From a bacterium (GTDB taxonomy: Bacteria; Patescibacteriota; Minisyncoccia; Phycocordibacterales; UBA9973), in the NCBI GenBank assembly GCA_037200905.1, contig JBBCGN010000001.1:116795-180794 (forward strand): 64,000 bases of DNA. Reading direction: 5' to 3'. The notes under the pieces were generated by a model that did not search any database, was not told the origin of the DNA, and saw only the letters and a program-made list of their open reading frames with translations. The translations under genes and the position numbers were made by a program. Below are positions 8,888-18,755 of the stretch, piece by piece (position 1 is the first letter of the stretch; each line of letters begins with the position of its first letter).

Positions 8888-9583
8888 ATGTCTTCATTTT
8901 TAAATATGAAAAAAATACCGAAGAAATTGATCATCTTCCTCTGCATGACCCTCTTCGGCGTGATGTCTCTGTTGCCGATGCATTCATCGGCTCAGGCCAA
9001 TCCTGATTCGGGCACCGTCACCTACACGTTCCTCGCGCCGCTCAGCGACCAGACCACCTTTGACGCGGCCCAGGACAATGCCTTGAGCATATATCTGAAC
9101 ATGATCATAAAGATCCTCATCGGCATCGCCGCCGTACTGGCCATGATCATGATCGTAGCAGGGGGCATACAATACATGACCAGCGGCTTGGTCTCGAGCA
9201 AGGAGGCGGGGAAGCATCGCATCACCAATGCCATCATCGGGCTCCTGCTCGCCCTCGCGGCATACCTGATACTCTTCACCATCAATCCCGACCTCTTGAA
9301 GACCATCGATACCGGAAATAATTCGACGCAATTCACCCAGACTACCGCTACGCAAACCGTCTGCCCCGCCGGCACCGTGGCTTCGAACACGGGCCAGTGC
9401 ACGACCCTGGTGCAGGGCGTATGTCCTTCCGGACAGCTGTACAACACTGTTACCAAAGCCTGTCAGGCGGTAGCGCCGGCAACGACAGGGAACGGCACAT
9501 CGCATTGCACCGTCGGTCCCGCGTTCGGAGGCTTTGACCAAGCCCAATGCGCCGCCAATGGCGGGCAATGGGTTCCGTCATAA
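8888..9583 (+). CDS. VirB2/TrbC-like pilin paralog with a Cys-rich C-terminal tail
   Basis: 231 aa with a signal peptide (SLLPMHSSAQA) and the same two-TM hairpin as 6285..7411. The tail carries 8 Cys (VCPAGT..QCTTLVQGVCPSG..KACQ..HCTV..QCAANG). Confidence 0.7.
   Translation: MSSFLNMKKIPKKLIIFLCMTLFGVMSLLPMHSSAQANPDSGTVTYTFLAPLSDQTTFDAAQDNALSIYLNMIIKILIGIAAVLAMIMIVAGGIQYMTSGLVSSKEAGKHRITNAIIGLLLALAAYLILFTINPDLLKTIDTGNNSTQFTQTTATQTVCPAGTVASNTGQCTTLVQGVCPSGQLYNTVTKACQAVAPATTGNGTSHCTVGPAFGGFDQAQCAANGGQWVPS
9116..9246 (+). repeat. 131-bp exact repeat, copy 2
   Basis: Identical to 6626..6756. Confidence 0.95.
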
Positions 9584-9593
9584 CAAGAGAGAG

Positions 9594-10083
9594 CTATATT
9601 GCTCCTATATAAGTGATGACCACATGCCGCGCAGAGCCCGTACCCTCGGACTCTGTTTTGACGTCAGCCTGATCGGCCAGGAATTCGTGCACAACTCTGC
9701 GCTCGAAGGCAGGCATGGGATCGATGGCTATCTTGGATTTGAAATATCTGGCCCGTTCGGCCATCATGTACGCCACGGCATGGATCGCCTCGATCCTTTT
9801 CTTCTGGAAGCCGTTGATGTCGATCATGATCTCGCTTCCGGCATCCCTTTCCGCGTCTGTTTTCGCCGGAGCGTTCTTCTCGATGATCCTGCGCACGAGA
9901 TGGTTGAGAGCGGCGAGAGCTTCGGCATTGCGGGAGAGGTAAAGGTGCGGCTCGCTGATTTCCACCGCGAACCAGGTCCCGGCCGATGCGGCCTTGGCAT
10001 CGACGATGGCGATGTCGTTCACGGAAACGGCAGTTTTCTCTATCAAAATCCCTGATTAAGTTTTTGATATCGTCGTTCTGCAT
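9594..10083 (-). CDS. jag: Jag/KhpB-like R3H-domain RNA-binding protein (one apparent frameshift near 10045-10048)
   Basis: The C-terminal R3H pattern is PMPAFERRVVHEFL...ESEGTGSARHVVI, and the gene sits in the classical position downstream of yidC. The N-terminus MQNDDIKNLIRDF is in another frame and joins if one T is removed from a t4 run. Confidence 0.7.
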
Positions 10084-10085
10084 GC

Positions 10086-10816
10086 TTATTTTTCCGCCAC
10101 AACGGTGATCTTCTTGCTCTTCAGGTACACCTGCTGGCCGATGGCCATGGCGTTGCTGACGATCCAGTAGAGAGCGATGGCGCCGGAGACGTTATAGGCG
10201 ATGAACGTGATGAGGACAGGGAAGACGTAGCGCATCTGGACCTGCATGCTCTTCGAGAAGCTCTCCTGGAAAGAGGCCTTGCCGTCCACAGCGGCGGAAG
10301 GGGCGGGTTTGGGCATGTAGTATGCCTGAAAGAATTGCGACACGCCGGCGAGCAGGGCGAGGATCAGGCTCTTCTGGCTGATATCGAGCAGGCCGAGGAA
10401 ATTCATGTTGAATGTGCGCGGGCATCGGCACGAAGGAATACAGCACCCCGCTGTCGAAGTTAATGCCTTTCAAGAAGGCGTAATACAGGGCGAAGATGAT
10501 GGAATCTGGATCAGCACGAGCAGGCAGCCGGAGAAAGGATTGGTCTTGGCCCTCTTGTAGAGCTCGAAGGTCTGCTTGGCCTGTTCCTCCTTCGAGGCGC
10601 CGCTTGCCTTGATCTTGTTGAGCTCGGGAGCGAGCACATTCATCTTGCCTGGCTCTGTATGGAGCGCTGCGACAGGGGAAAGAGGGCGAGCTTCACCACG
10701 ATCGTCAGTATGATGATGGCCACGCCAACATCGCCGCCCGGCATGACGGTGATGAGCGCGGCCAAGAGGTTCACGAAGGGCCTGTATAAGATAGTATTCC
10801 AAAGGGTATGAAGCAT
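10086..10816 (-). CDS. yidC: YidC/Oxa1-family membrane insertase (three apparent frameshifts near 10410, 10501 and 10645)
   Basis: Pieces in three frames assemble to MLHTLWNTILYRPFVNLLAAL...KLALFPLS...MNVLAPELNKIKASG...TNPFSGCLLVLIQIP IIFALYYAFL...MNFLGLLDISQ...ALYWIVSNAMAIGQQ. This is a typical short YidC, in synteny with rnpA/yidD/jag. Confidence 0.8.
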
Positions 10817-10869
10817 TTCCCCATTCTATAGGAAAACTGTGGAAAAGGCCAGAAAACGCTGATTTTGCT

Positions 10870-11079
10870 TCACGGGAGCGGATCCATATGCTTTTTCTGC
10901 CACGGATGGCAGCGCAAGACGCGACGGGCCGAGAGATAGGCTCCTTTGATGACGCCGTACTTCTCAAAAGCCTCCTTGGCGTAGTTCGAGCAGGTAGGGT
11001 AAAAGACGCAGCTCGGCTTCTTGAGCGGAGAGATATATCTCTGGTACAGGTCAATTGATTTTACGAAGTATTTTTTCAA
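10870..11079 (-). CDS. yidD: YidD membrane-protein insertion efficiency factor
   Basis: KKYFVKSIDLYQRYISPLKKPSCVFYPTCSNYAKEAFEKYGVIKGAYLSARRVLRCHPW is the YidD signature. The probable TTG start overlaps the rnpA 3' end, so the start is uncertain. Confidence 0.75.
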   Translation of the reverse strand: MKKYFVKSIDLYQRYISPLKKPSCVFYPTCSNYAKEAFEKYGVIKGAYLSARRVLRCHPWQKKHMDPLP

Positions 11080-11421
11080 TTTCGTTCTCCAGATTGGTAA
11101 TCGATTCGCCGCGGAAAGCCTTGCTGCGGCTTCTCTGGCCGAACTGTTCCATGCTTTTCTTGTTGAATATGAAAGCGCCGAGGAATTGCGCCGGCAGGGC
11201 CGTAGCATGCTTCTCGAGGGCCCGGTAGCCGCGGCGGCGCAGCATGTTGCGGTCGACGGCCCTCTTGGCTGCCGCCTTCGGCACGATGAAAGAAACCCGG
11301 AAATGCCTGCCGCCGCTTCGTGGCACGAACTTGAGGGTGAGATACGGGAAGAGACCGACAAGCCGGTCGAAAAAAGCTCGGCTATCGCTCCCTTGTCCGG
11401 CCTATTTATTTTAGGAAGCAT
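11051..11421 (-). CDS. rnpA: RNase P protein component (one apparent frameshift in the a6 run at 11370-11375)
   Basis: MLPKINR... then FPYLTLKFVPRSGGRHFRVSFIVPKAAAKRAVDRNMLRRRGY (RNR motif region). The two parts join if the homopolymer gains 1 nt. Confidence 0.75.
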
Positions 11422-11436
11422 GGAAAGTGGGCGAAA

Positions 11437-11571
11437 TTAGACGGTAAGCTTGGCGCGCCCCTTGCGGCGGCGGCGCTGTATGACTTTTTTACCGGTTGAA
11501 AGCCTGGACCTGACGAGAAAGCCATGGGCTTTAGCTCGTTTCCTTTTCTTAGGCTGGTATGTTTGTGACAT
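11437..11571 (-). CDS. rpmH: Ribosomal protein L34
   Basis: Manual translation gives [44 protein letters not shown] (44 aa). It is absent from the ORF track because it is shorter than 60 aa. Confidence 0.9.
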   Translation of the reverse strand: MSQTYQPKKRKRAKAHGFLVRSRLSTGKKVIQRRRRKGRAKLTV

Positions 11572-11632
11572 GGGGACAGTATATATTGAAGATGCCCATA
11601 AGTCAAAACCACTTCATCGTTCAGCTTGGAAA

Positions 11633-11652
11633 TTATCAACAGATTATCAACA
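11633..11652 (+). promoter_or_regulatory. Two tandem DnaA-box-like 9-mers (TTATCAACA x2) upstream of dnaA
   Basis: attatcaacag attatcaacag, about 25 nt upstream of the dnaA -35. The same 9-mer recurs at 13054-13062 (reverse) and 13247-13255. Confidence 0.55.
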
Positions 11653-11674
11653 GAGTTAGTACGGTTTTAAAATT

Positions 11675-11702
11675 TTGACTCGGTAGGGGAATAGTATACT
11701 AT
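11675..11702 (+). promoter_or_regulatory. dnaA promoter (TTGACT-16-TACTAT), giving a leaderless transcript
   Basis: The -10 ends 6 nt before the dnaA ATG at 11709. Confidence 0.5.
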
Positions 11703-11708
11703 AGGGCA

Positions 11709-13052
11709 ATGGATACGAAGCAACTTTGGAAAAACTGCTTGATAGAGATAGAAGCGGGTGTATCTAAAGCGAATTTCAGCACATGGTTCAAGAATACCTC
11801 GATCCTCAAGGAGGATTCGGGTATTGTCTATGTAGGCGTCCCGAACGAGTTCGTCCGAGACTGGCTCAAGAACAAATATCACAAGCTCATCACCAAAACT
11901 ATAGCCGATACGTATGAGAATATGCGCGCGGTGGAGTACGTCATCACTAAAATAGAGGCGATCAAGCAAGATCTCCCGAATACGGGCGAATCCTTTGCGA
12001 ATAAGGAGCTGCCGCTCAAGGATCTGTACATAAATCCGGATGACAATCTCAATGCGCGCTACCGGTTCGATTCTTTCATCGTCGGCGGCTTCAACGAGCT
12101 CGCGTATGCGGCCGGTCAGGCCATCATCGAGTCTCCGGGCACGAAGTAACAACCCGTTTTTCGTCTACGGCGGCACCGGCTTGGGCAAGACCCACCTCCT
12201 GCAGGCCGTAGGGAACTCCATCAAGGAGAAATATCCGAGCAAGAAGGTGCATTATCTCACGCTCGAGAAGTTCGCCACCGATTTCGTGAACTCGCTCCAG
12301 GCGAACAAGGCGAATTCTTTCAAGGAGAAATACCGCAAATACGACCTCCTGATCATCGACGACATCCAGTTCATCGGCAAGATGGAAAAGATCCAGGAAG
12401 AGCTCTTCCATACCTTCAATACCTTCTACGAGAACAACAAGCAGATCATCTTTTCTTCCGACAAGCATCCGAATTACATCCCCGAGCTGGCCGACCGCCT
12501 GAAATCGCGCTTCGCCGCCGGCATGATCGTCGACGTCTCCGAGCCGGAATACGAGTCGCGCCTCGCCATACTGAAGGTGAAGCTCCAAGACATGAATATC
12601 GACCTCGGCCAGGATGTCATCGAGTATGTGGCGAGCGCCATCCAGGGAAATATCAGGGAACTCGAAGCAGCTTGAATACCATAATCATGCAATTCCGCTT
12701 GAAAAATAAGCCTCTTTTGCTCTCCGAGGTCAAAAACCTGCTCAAGAACAATATCCGTCCGAAAAAGAATGTCGCTATCAAGGATGTGGTGAAGATCGTC
12801 AGCGATCATTACAATCTCGACGAGGCATCGATCTATGAGAAGACCCGCAGGAAGGAGATCGTGAAGGCGCGCCAGATCGTCATGTACATCCTGCGCGAGG
12901 ATTTCAACGTATCGTACCCGCTCATCGGCCAGAAGCTCGGCGGCAAGGACCACACCACGGTCATACACTCGTACCTGAAGATAAAGGGGGACATCAAGAA
13001 CGATCCGAACTTGGTGCAGGAGCTGGAACAGATACGGGTGATGTTCAAATAG
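11709..13052 (+). CDS. dnaA: Chromosomal replication initiator DnaA (two apparent frameshifts near 12148 and 12672)
   Basis: Three colinear ORFs: an N-terminal domain, the AAA+ core (NPFFVYGGTGLGKTHLLQA, DLLIIDDIQF, NIRELE) and the C-terminal DNA-binding domain (ARQIVMYILRE...GGKDHTTVIH). The junctions are at gta-a-caac (extra a) and gcagc-tt-gaat (missing t). Confidence 0.9.
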
Positions 13053-13299
13053 CTGTTGATAAGCGGGTAGAAACAATTTATAACCCGACAATAAGCGAAA
13101 TAAAAATGTTTATAACGAATAATAAGAAAATTAAGCTAAGATTAAGAAATAAAAGTTGTGCATACATGGAAAAACTTATCAGTTAGAAACAAAAATAAAA
13201 ATCGCTCTCATATCCATACATAACAATATCAAATCAACTTATCCACTTATCAACAGGAACTAATATCATTAATAGATTATATATATAAGATATACCCAT
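13053..13299 (+). other. oriC-like AT-rich dnaA-dnaN intergenic region
   Basis: 247 bp, strongly AT-rich. DnaA-box-like sites are tgttgataa at 13054-13062, ttatccact at 13239-13247 and ttatcaaca at 13247-13255, plus degenerate boxes. The rpmH|dnaA-dnaN context is classical for an origin. Confidence 0.6.
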
Positions 13300-14397
13300 A
13301 TGAAGCTCGAATGCGAAATCGAAAAAATTAAAGACAGCATCTCTCATGCGGAAAGGATCACGGGCAAGAATCTCACCCTGCCCGTGCTCGGATCGATCCT
13401 CTTCATCGCTTCGAAGAAATCCCTGAAGATCAGGGCGACGAATCTCAACCTCGGCATCGAGATCGAGATTCCGGCGAAAGTGGAGAGGGAAGGGACGCTC
13501 GCCGTATCAGGTTCGGTGCTCGCCGGCATCTTCTCTAATTTCTTCCAGAACGAGACCGTTTCCTTCGAAGAGGACAACGGCAACCTGACCATCAAGACCA
13601 AGAAGAATAAGATCAAGCTCAAGGGCACTCCGCACGAGGATTTTCCGACCATTCCGGTAGTTACCGGCACGAATTTCAGGATGGAGGCCAAGAAGCTCAT
13701 AGACGGCATCAGGTCGGTGTATTACAGCTCTTCCGTGTCGGACATCAAGCCGGAAATATCGAGCGTGTACATCTATTCCGATAACGACGCATTGGTGTTC
13801 GTTTCCACGGACTCTTTCAGGTTGGCGGAGAAGAAGATAAAGATGAAAGGCCTCGATGAGATTCCGGGCATACTGATCCCGTTCAAGAATGTTCCGGAGA
13901 TCATCCGGGTATTCGGAGAGACGGCAGGGGAATTGAAGATCAGCTTCAGCAAGAATCAGATTTCTTTCACGAGCGACAACATCTATCTCACTTCGAGAGT
14001 CATAGACGGAGTCTTTCCCGACTATCGGCAGATCATCCCGAAAGAATCTTCGACCGAAGCGGTGCTCCTGAAGCAGGATCTCTTGAACGCCTTGAAGCTT
14101 TCCAATATATTTTCCGACAAGTTCAACCAGATAAACCTGATCGTGAAGCCGAAAGAGAAGGTCTTCGAGCTCTCTTCCGAGAACAACGATGTGGGAGAGA
14201 ATAAGACTCATGTGGACGCCTCTCTCGAGGGAGAGGACGTCGAGCTCGCGTTCAACTACAAATATTTCCTCGACTGCTTCCAGTCCATCACTACCGACAG
14301 CGTGCTCATAAAGCTCGATCAGGGCGGCAAGCCGATGGTCATATCGGGCGTCTCCGAGAATTCCTTCATTTACCTCATCATGCCGATGAACCGATAG
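13300..14397 (+). CDS. dnaN: DNA polymerase III beta sliding clamp
   Basis: 365-aa intact ORF with three-domain clamp length and sequence style (LKIRATNLNLGIEIEI..., ...YLIMPMN end), directly after dnaA. Confidence 0.9.
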   Translation: MKLECEIEKIKDSISHAERITGKNLTLPVLGSILFIASKKSLKIRATNLNLGIEIEIPAKVEREGTLAVSGSVLAGIFSNFFQNETVSFEEDNGNLTIKTKKNKIKLKGTPHEDFPTIPVVTGTNFRMEAKKLIDGIRSVYYSSSVSDIKPEISSVYIYSDNDALVFVSTDSFRLAEKKIKMKGLDEIPGILIPFKNVPEIIRVFGETAGELKISFSKNQISFTSDNIYLTSRVIDGVFPDYRQIIPKESSTEAVLLKQDLLNALKLSNIFSDKFNQINLIVKPKEKVFELSSENNDVGENKTHVDASLEGEDVELAFNYKYFLDCFQSITTDSVLIKLDQGGKPMVISGVSENSFIYLIMPMNR

Positions 14398-14655
14398 ATG
14401 ATAGAGATAAAAGACTTGCTGGCGCGGTTCTCGAATGTGCTCCTGAAAGAGGAGCTGAAGCAGGAAGCGGTCAGGGAAGTCATATCGAAAGTCATACGCT
14501 TCGACATTCCTTCCGAAGGTATCTCCTTGAAGAACGGCACGGTATATCTCGATATCAAGCCCATTTACAAGAGCGAGATATTGCTCAAGAGGGACAGGAT
14601 AGACGAGCTTCTGCGGCAGGCTCTCAACAAGGAAAACCCGTACGATATCAGGTAG
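14398..14655 (+). CDS. Small hypothetical protein downstream of dnaN (possibly DUF721-like)
   Basis: 85-aa ORF whose ATG abuts the dnaN stop (tag atg). The position is typical for small RNA-binding or DUF721-type genes, but I see no diagnostic motif. Confidence 0.45.
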   Translation: MIEIKDLLARFSNVLLKEELKQEAVREVISKVIRFDIPSEGISLKNGTVYLDIKPIYKSEILLKRDRIDELLRQALNKENPYDIR

Positions 14656-14657
14656 CC

Positions 14658-17215
14658 CTACTCCGCCACCTTGAACGCGGACGTCGTCTCGCCGTGATTG
14701 TACGCGCTGTCGTACGACACGATCTTTATGGTGTTCGTCGCCTGGAGATTGTCCAGTTCCGAAGGGATGAACGAGAAATAGAAGGGATAGTCGGAACTTC
14801 CGAGGTACACGTCGTTGATGTACACGTCGATCTTTTTCAGGGCGAAGGATCCCATGTTCGAGATCTTCAACTCTATCTTTTCATCGGGAGCGTACGTCTT
14901 GCCCGCGTTCGGCTCGATGATGGAAACTTTTGATTCTTCCGCGCTCGTATGTATGTCGTCGGTGGCGCCGGGCTTATCGTTCCATCCCACGATCGGATAT
15001 CGCGAAGCGTTCTGGGCCCACCAGTTCTGCACCGGAACCTCCCATAACTGGAATTGCGGATTGGTTTCCGGATGGGCCGGAGCGGGGCCGGTGATATTGT
15101 TGCGGTCGATCCAGTACAGTATCGAATGCACGTTCGTCACCACTTTTTCCTCGCGCGTTTCCGGCGGGGTGTTTTCCGTGGCGAGCTTTCCCGACACTCT
15201 GTCTATGAAGAAGTTGTCGTTGCCTTCCCAATGCCCGCGCAGTACCGGCTTGACCGCTGCCGGGTCGACGGAGAGATTCGGCGCTTCGAACTTGTCGTCG
15301 GGATATTTTTTCAAAGCTTCGGTCATGAACTTGTTCCAGATCGGCGCGGCGATGGCCGAGCCGCCGCTCTTCATCTTGGTATTGTCATTGTTTCCCGCCC
15401 ATACGCCGACAGCGATGTCGGGCGTATAGCCGATGGTCCAGGCGTCCTTGTCGTTGTTGGTGGTACCGGTCTTCACCGCTACCTGCTTGCCGGGAATTTC
15501 CAGGGCGGAATGCAGGCCGAACGTCGGCACGCGGGACACGTTGTCGGAGAGGATATCGGAAACGGTCAGGGCCGCGTTCTTGTCGAGCACCTGCTTCTGG
15601 TTCTGCTCGTATTCCTCGAGGACGTTGCCCTTCTCGTCCTCGACTTTCAGGATGCCGGTATACGGATTGCGCACGCCGCCGTCAGCCATGACGCCGTAGG
15701 CGCTCGTCATGTCGAGCGGCGTGACTTCGCCGCCTCCGATGACGAGGGTAAGGCCGTAGCGCGAAGGATCGGTCAAGGTGGAGATGCCCATCTCTGCGGC
15801 CTGATTGGCAGCGTCCTTCTGTCCGACGAGATAGAAGAGCTTCACTGCCGGCACGTTGATGGACTGGGCCAGGGCGTTCCGGAGCGACATCGGCCCGCGG
15901 AACTTGCCGTCGAAGTCCTGCGGCATGTAACAATCATTCTGATTGTGTCCGGGCAGGGCCTTGCCGTAGGCGTTGCAGTTTGTATCGAACTCCGTCGGCA
16001 GGTCGAAGAGCACCGTATCGGGCGTGAAGCCCTTCTCAAAGGCCGTGGCGTAGATGAACGGCTTGAACGAGGATCCCGGCTGCCTGTCGGCGGTGGCGAC
16101 GTTATAGTTGCCGTCGATGGCCTTGTCGAAGTAGTCCCGCGAGCCCACCATGGAAAGGATCTGGCCAGTCTTCGGATCGATGGGAGAGCGGCATTGGTGG
16201 CGTTGAAGGTCTTCTCGTTGGCGAGAGCGCCGTCCTTCACGATCTTCTCCGCGCTCTGTTCGAGGTCGTAGTCGAGCGTCGTGGTGACTTTCAGTCCGCC
16301 GTTTTCCACCATGTCGGCGCCGTATTTGTCCTCGAGATAATCCTTGATGAAGAAGACGAAGTGCGGGGCCTTGATGCCGAGCGTCGATTGCGGCTGGAAG
16401 GCTACGATCTCGGTCTTCGCGGCGCTGTACTCGTCATCCGTGATGAATCCGAGCTCGCGCTCGCGCGAGAGCACCAGGTTCTTCCTGTCCTTCGAGCTTG
16501 TCCTTGTGCTTGCCGTAGGGCGACAGGGTGGTCGGCGACTGCGGTATGGCGGCGAGATAGGCCGCTTCCGCGATGTCGAGATCGCGGGCATCCTTGGCGA
16601 AATACGTCTTGGCCGCCTCCTCGATGCCGTAGATGTTGCCGCCGTACGGATTCTCGTTCAGGTAGTATTGCAGTATCTGCTCCTTCGACAGCACTTTCTC
16701 GATCTTCACGGCGAGCACCCATTCCTTCATCTTGCGTATGACTTTCTTGAACGTGGTCGTCTCCGGGGTGAGCAAGGTATTCTTGATGAGCTGCTGGGTG
16801 ATGGTCGATCCGCCGCCGCCGATGCCGATATGGAATACGTTCGAGAGCACCGCGCGGATGGTGGAGGTGATACGCACGCCGCTATGGCTGTAGAACTGGC
16901 TGTCCTCGATGGCCACCGTGGCGTTCTTGATATTGGCGCCCATCTCGTCGAAGGTGATATTGGTGCGCTTCACGTCATTGTGGATGTCGTATAGCAGGAT
17001 CTCGCCGGTGCGGTCGTATATCTTGGTGGAACTTATGTCCTTGCGGTCCTCGAACGAGTTGAAGTCCGGGATCTTGAGCGTCGAGATCCAGATCAGCACG
17101 ATGCTCGCGAATATGATGCAGGCGCCCGCGAAGAGCGGCCAATACCTGCGCTTCAGGTATTTTTTCGAGAATTTTCGGCGAAGACGGAAAGCTTATGCAG
17201 TTTCCGCTTCGCCAT
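14658..17215 (-). CDS. Class A penicillin-binding protein (glycosyltransferase + transpeptidase), with three apparent frameshifts (16182-16184, 16489, 17172-17175)
   Basis: N-terminal TM, then GT51 motifs (ATVAIEDSQFYSHSGV, GGSTITQQLIKN). The transpeptidase part has RQPGSSFKPF (SxxK), SxN and KTGTTN. The C-terminal Ig-like extension is intact. All junctions lie at short homopolymers. Confidence 0.85.
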
Positions 17216-17345
17216 GACGAAAAGGTACGTGAAAAGTATCTTCATGTTCCTGAAAAACGTATCTATTTTGCCCCGTTTTGCCATTCATATCATCATAGCA
17301 GAAAACGGCCTGTCGGGTAAGAAACTTTTAAAAATCAGGACGCGA

Positions 17346-17354
17346 TGGTAGAAT
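17346..17354 (+). promoter_or_regulatory. Extended -10 promoter (TGgTAGAAT) for tyrS, giving a leaderless transcript
   Basis: The -10 ends 7 nt before the ATG at 17362. Confidence 0.45.
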
Positions 17355-17361
17355 GACGATT

Positions 17362-18559
17362 ATGGCAATCATTACTGACGAGAAAAGAATCGATGAAATT
17401 CTCTCCCGCGGGCGTTCATGAAGTTTTCACCCAAAGAAGAGCTGAAAAAGCAGCTCATGAGCGGAAAACAGCTCCATTTCAAGCTCGGAACCGACGTCAC
17501 GGGGTCGTTCTTGCACCTCGGGCACTCCGTCATCCACCGCAAATTGCGCGATTTCCAGGAGCTCGGGCACAAAGTCACTCTCATCATCGGCGATTTTACC
17601 ACCCTCGTCGGCGATCACTCTGATAAGGTAGATATGCGCGATGAGACGACGGCCAAAGACATCAGGAACAATGAACGATCATATAAGGAGCAATTCTTTA
17701 AGACAGTCATCAAGGGGCAGACCAGGATCTATCACAACTCAAAGTGGCTCAAAAAGCTCCGCTTCAATGACGTCTTGAATCTTTCGAAACAATTCACCAT
17801 ATCGCAGATGCTTGATCGAGAATCGTTCATGCTCCGCTACAAGGGAGGCAAGCCGATCGGCCCTCGACGAATTCATGTATCCTCTCATGCAAGGCTATGA
17901 TTCCGTGGCCATTAAGTGCGATGTCGAACTCGGCGGCACTGATCAGACATTTAACCTTCTCGCAGGCCGTCATCTCATGCCTTCGTTCGGATTGAAACCC
18001 CAGTGCGCCGTTGCCATGAAGCTACTGACCCGGTTCGGACGGCAGGCCGATGGGCAAGAGCTTGAAGAATTTCATCCCTATCGCTGACAAGCCGAACGAT
18101 ATGTATGGCAAGATCATGTCCATCGTCGACGATGTCATATTCGATTACTTCGAACTGGTGACCCGCGTGCCTATGGATGACATCCGCGATATGAAAGCAA
18201 AAATAGTGGGCGGAGAAAACCCTATGCAGTTCAAGAAAAAACTCGCGCTCGAGATCGTGACCTTTTACCATGGCAAAGAAAAAGCAGCAGAAGCGGAAAA
18301 GAATTTTCACAGTACGTTCCAAAAAGGAGAAATCCCCGAAGATATGATGTCGTTCAAGCTGACCGAGTTCGAATCGACGCTCATGGAAATCCTTACGGCC
18401 GGCGGCGTGGTGTCCTCGAAAGGGGATTTCAGGCGCCTGGTGGAAGAAGGAGCCATCACGAACCTCGACACCGATGAAAAGGTCACCGACGTGCAGTATA
18501 AGCCGGAGAAAGGCATGAAATTCAAGATCGGCAAGCGCCGGTTCGTGAAGATCATATAA
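17362..18559 (+). CDS. tyrS: Tyrosyl-tRNA synthetase with a C-terminal S4-like domain (four apparent 1-nt insertions: 17410-17412, 17424-17427, 17861-17863, 18029-18031)
   Basis: HIGH motif (LHLGH), KMSKS-like motif (PMGKSLKN after frame correction) and a C-terminal S4-like region ([23 protein letters not shown]). The pieces sit in three frames and join at g3, t4, c3 and c3 runs. Confidence 0.85.
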
Positions 18560-18567
18560 AAGAAAAA

Positions 18568-18589
18568 GAGCCCCTCTCGGGGCTCTTTT
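18568..18589. terminator. Bidirectional intrinsic terminator (tyrS / small acidic ORF)
   Basis: gagcccc-tctc-ggggctc stem flanked by an A-run and a T-run. Confidence 0.75.
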
Positions 18590-18593
18590 CGTA

Positions 18594-18755
18594 TTAGCTG
18601 AAACTGGAATCAGGATCCTCCTCGAACTCGTCGTCATCGAGCGTTCCCGGCTCCAGATCCGGATCTTCGAGAGGGTCGAACGCTTCGTCTTCAGCATCTT
18701 CGTCGCTGACGCGGAACGTCTGCTCCTCCATCAATATGTCATCATCGTAACCCAT
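18594..18755 (-). CDS. Candidate small, extremely acidic protein (53 aa)
   Basis: Manual translation gives MGYDDDILMEEQTFRVSDEDAEDEAFDPLEDPDLEPGTLDDDEFEEDPDSSFS. Third-position GC matches the host genes and the terminator lies immediately downstream. It is absent from the ORF track because it is shorter than 60 aa. Confidence 0.4.
   Translation of the reverse strand: MGYDDDILMEEQTFRVSDEDAEDEAFDPLEDPDLEPGTLDDDEFEEDPDSSFS

Noticed and set aside
17216-17361. A T-box riboswitch leader upstream of tyrS.
   Set aside because: Only about 145 nt are available, and the best promoter places the TSS at the start codon. No specifier loop or T-box 14-mer is recognisable.
17975-18697. 240-aa minus-strand ORF overlapping the 3' half of tyrS.
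   Set aside because: It is antisense to clearly conserved TyrRS sequence. Only its extreme 3' portion coincides with the separate small acidic ORF, which is in a different frame.
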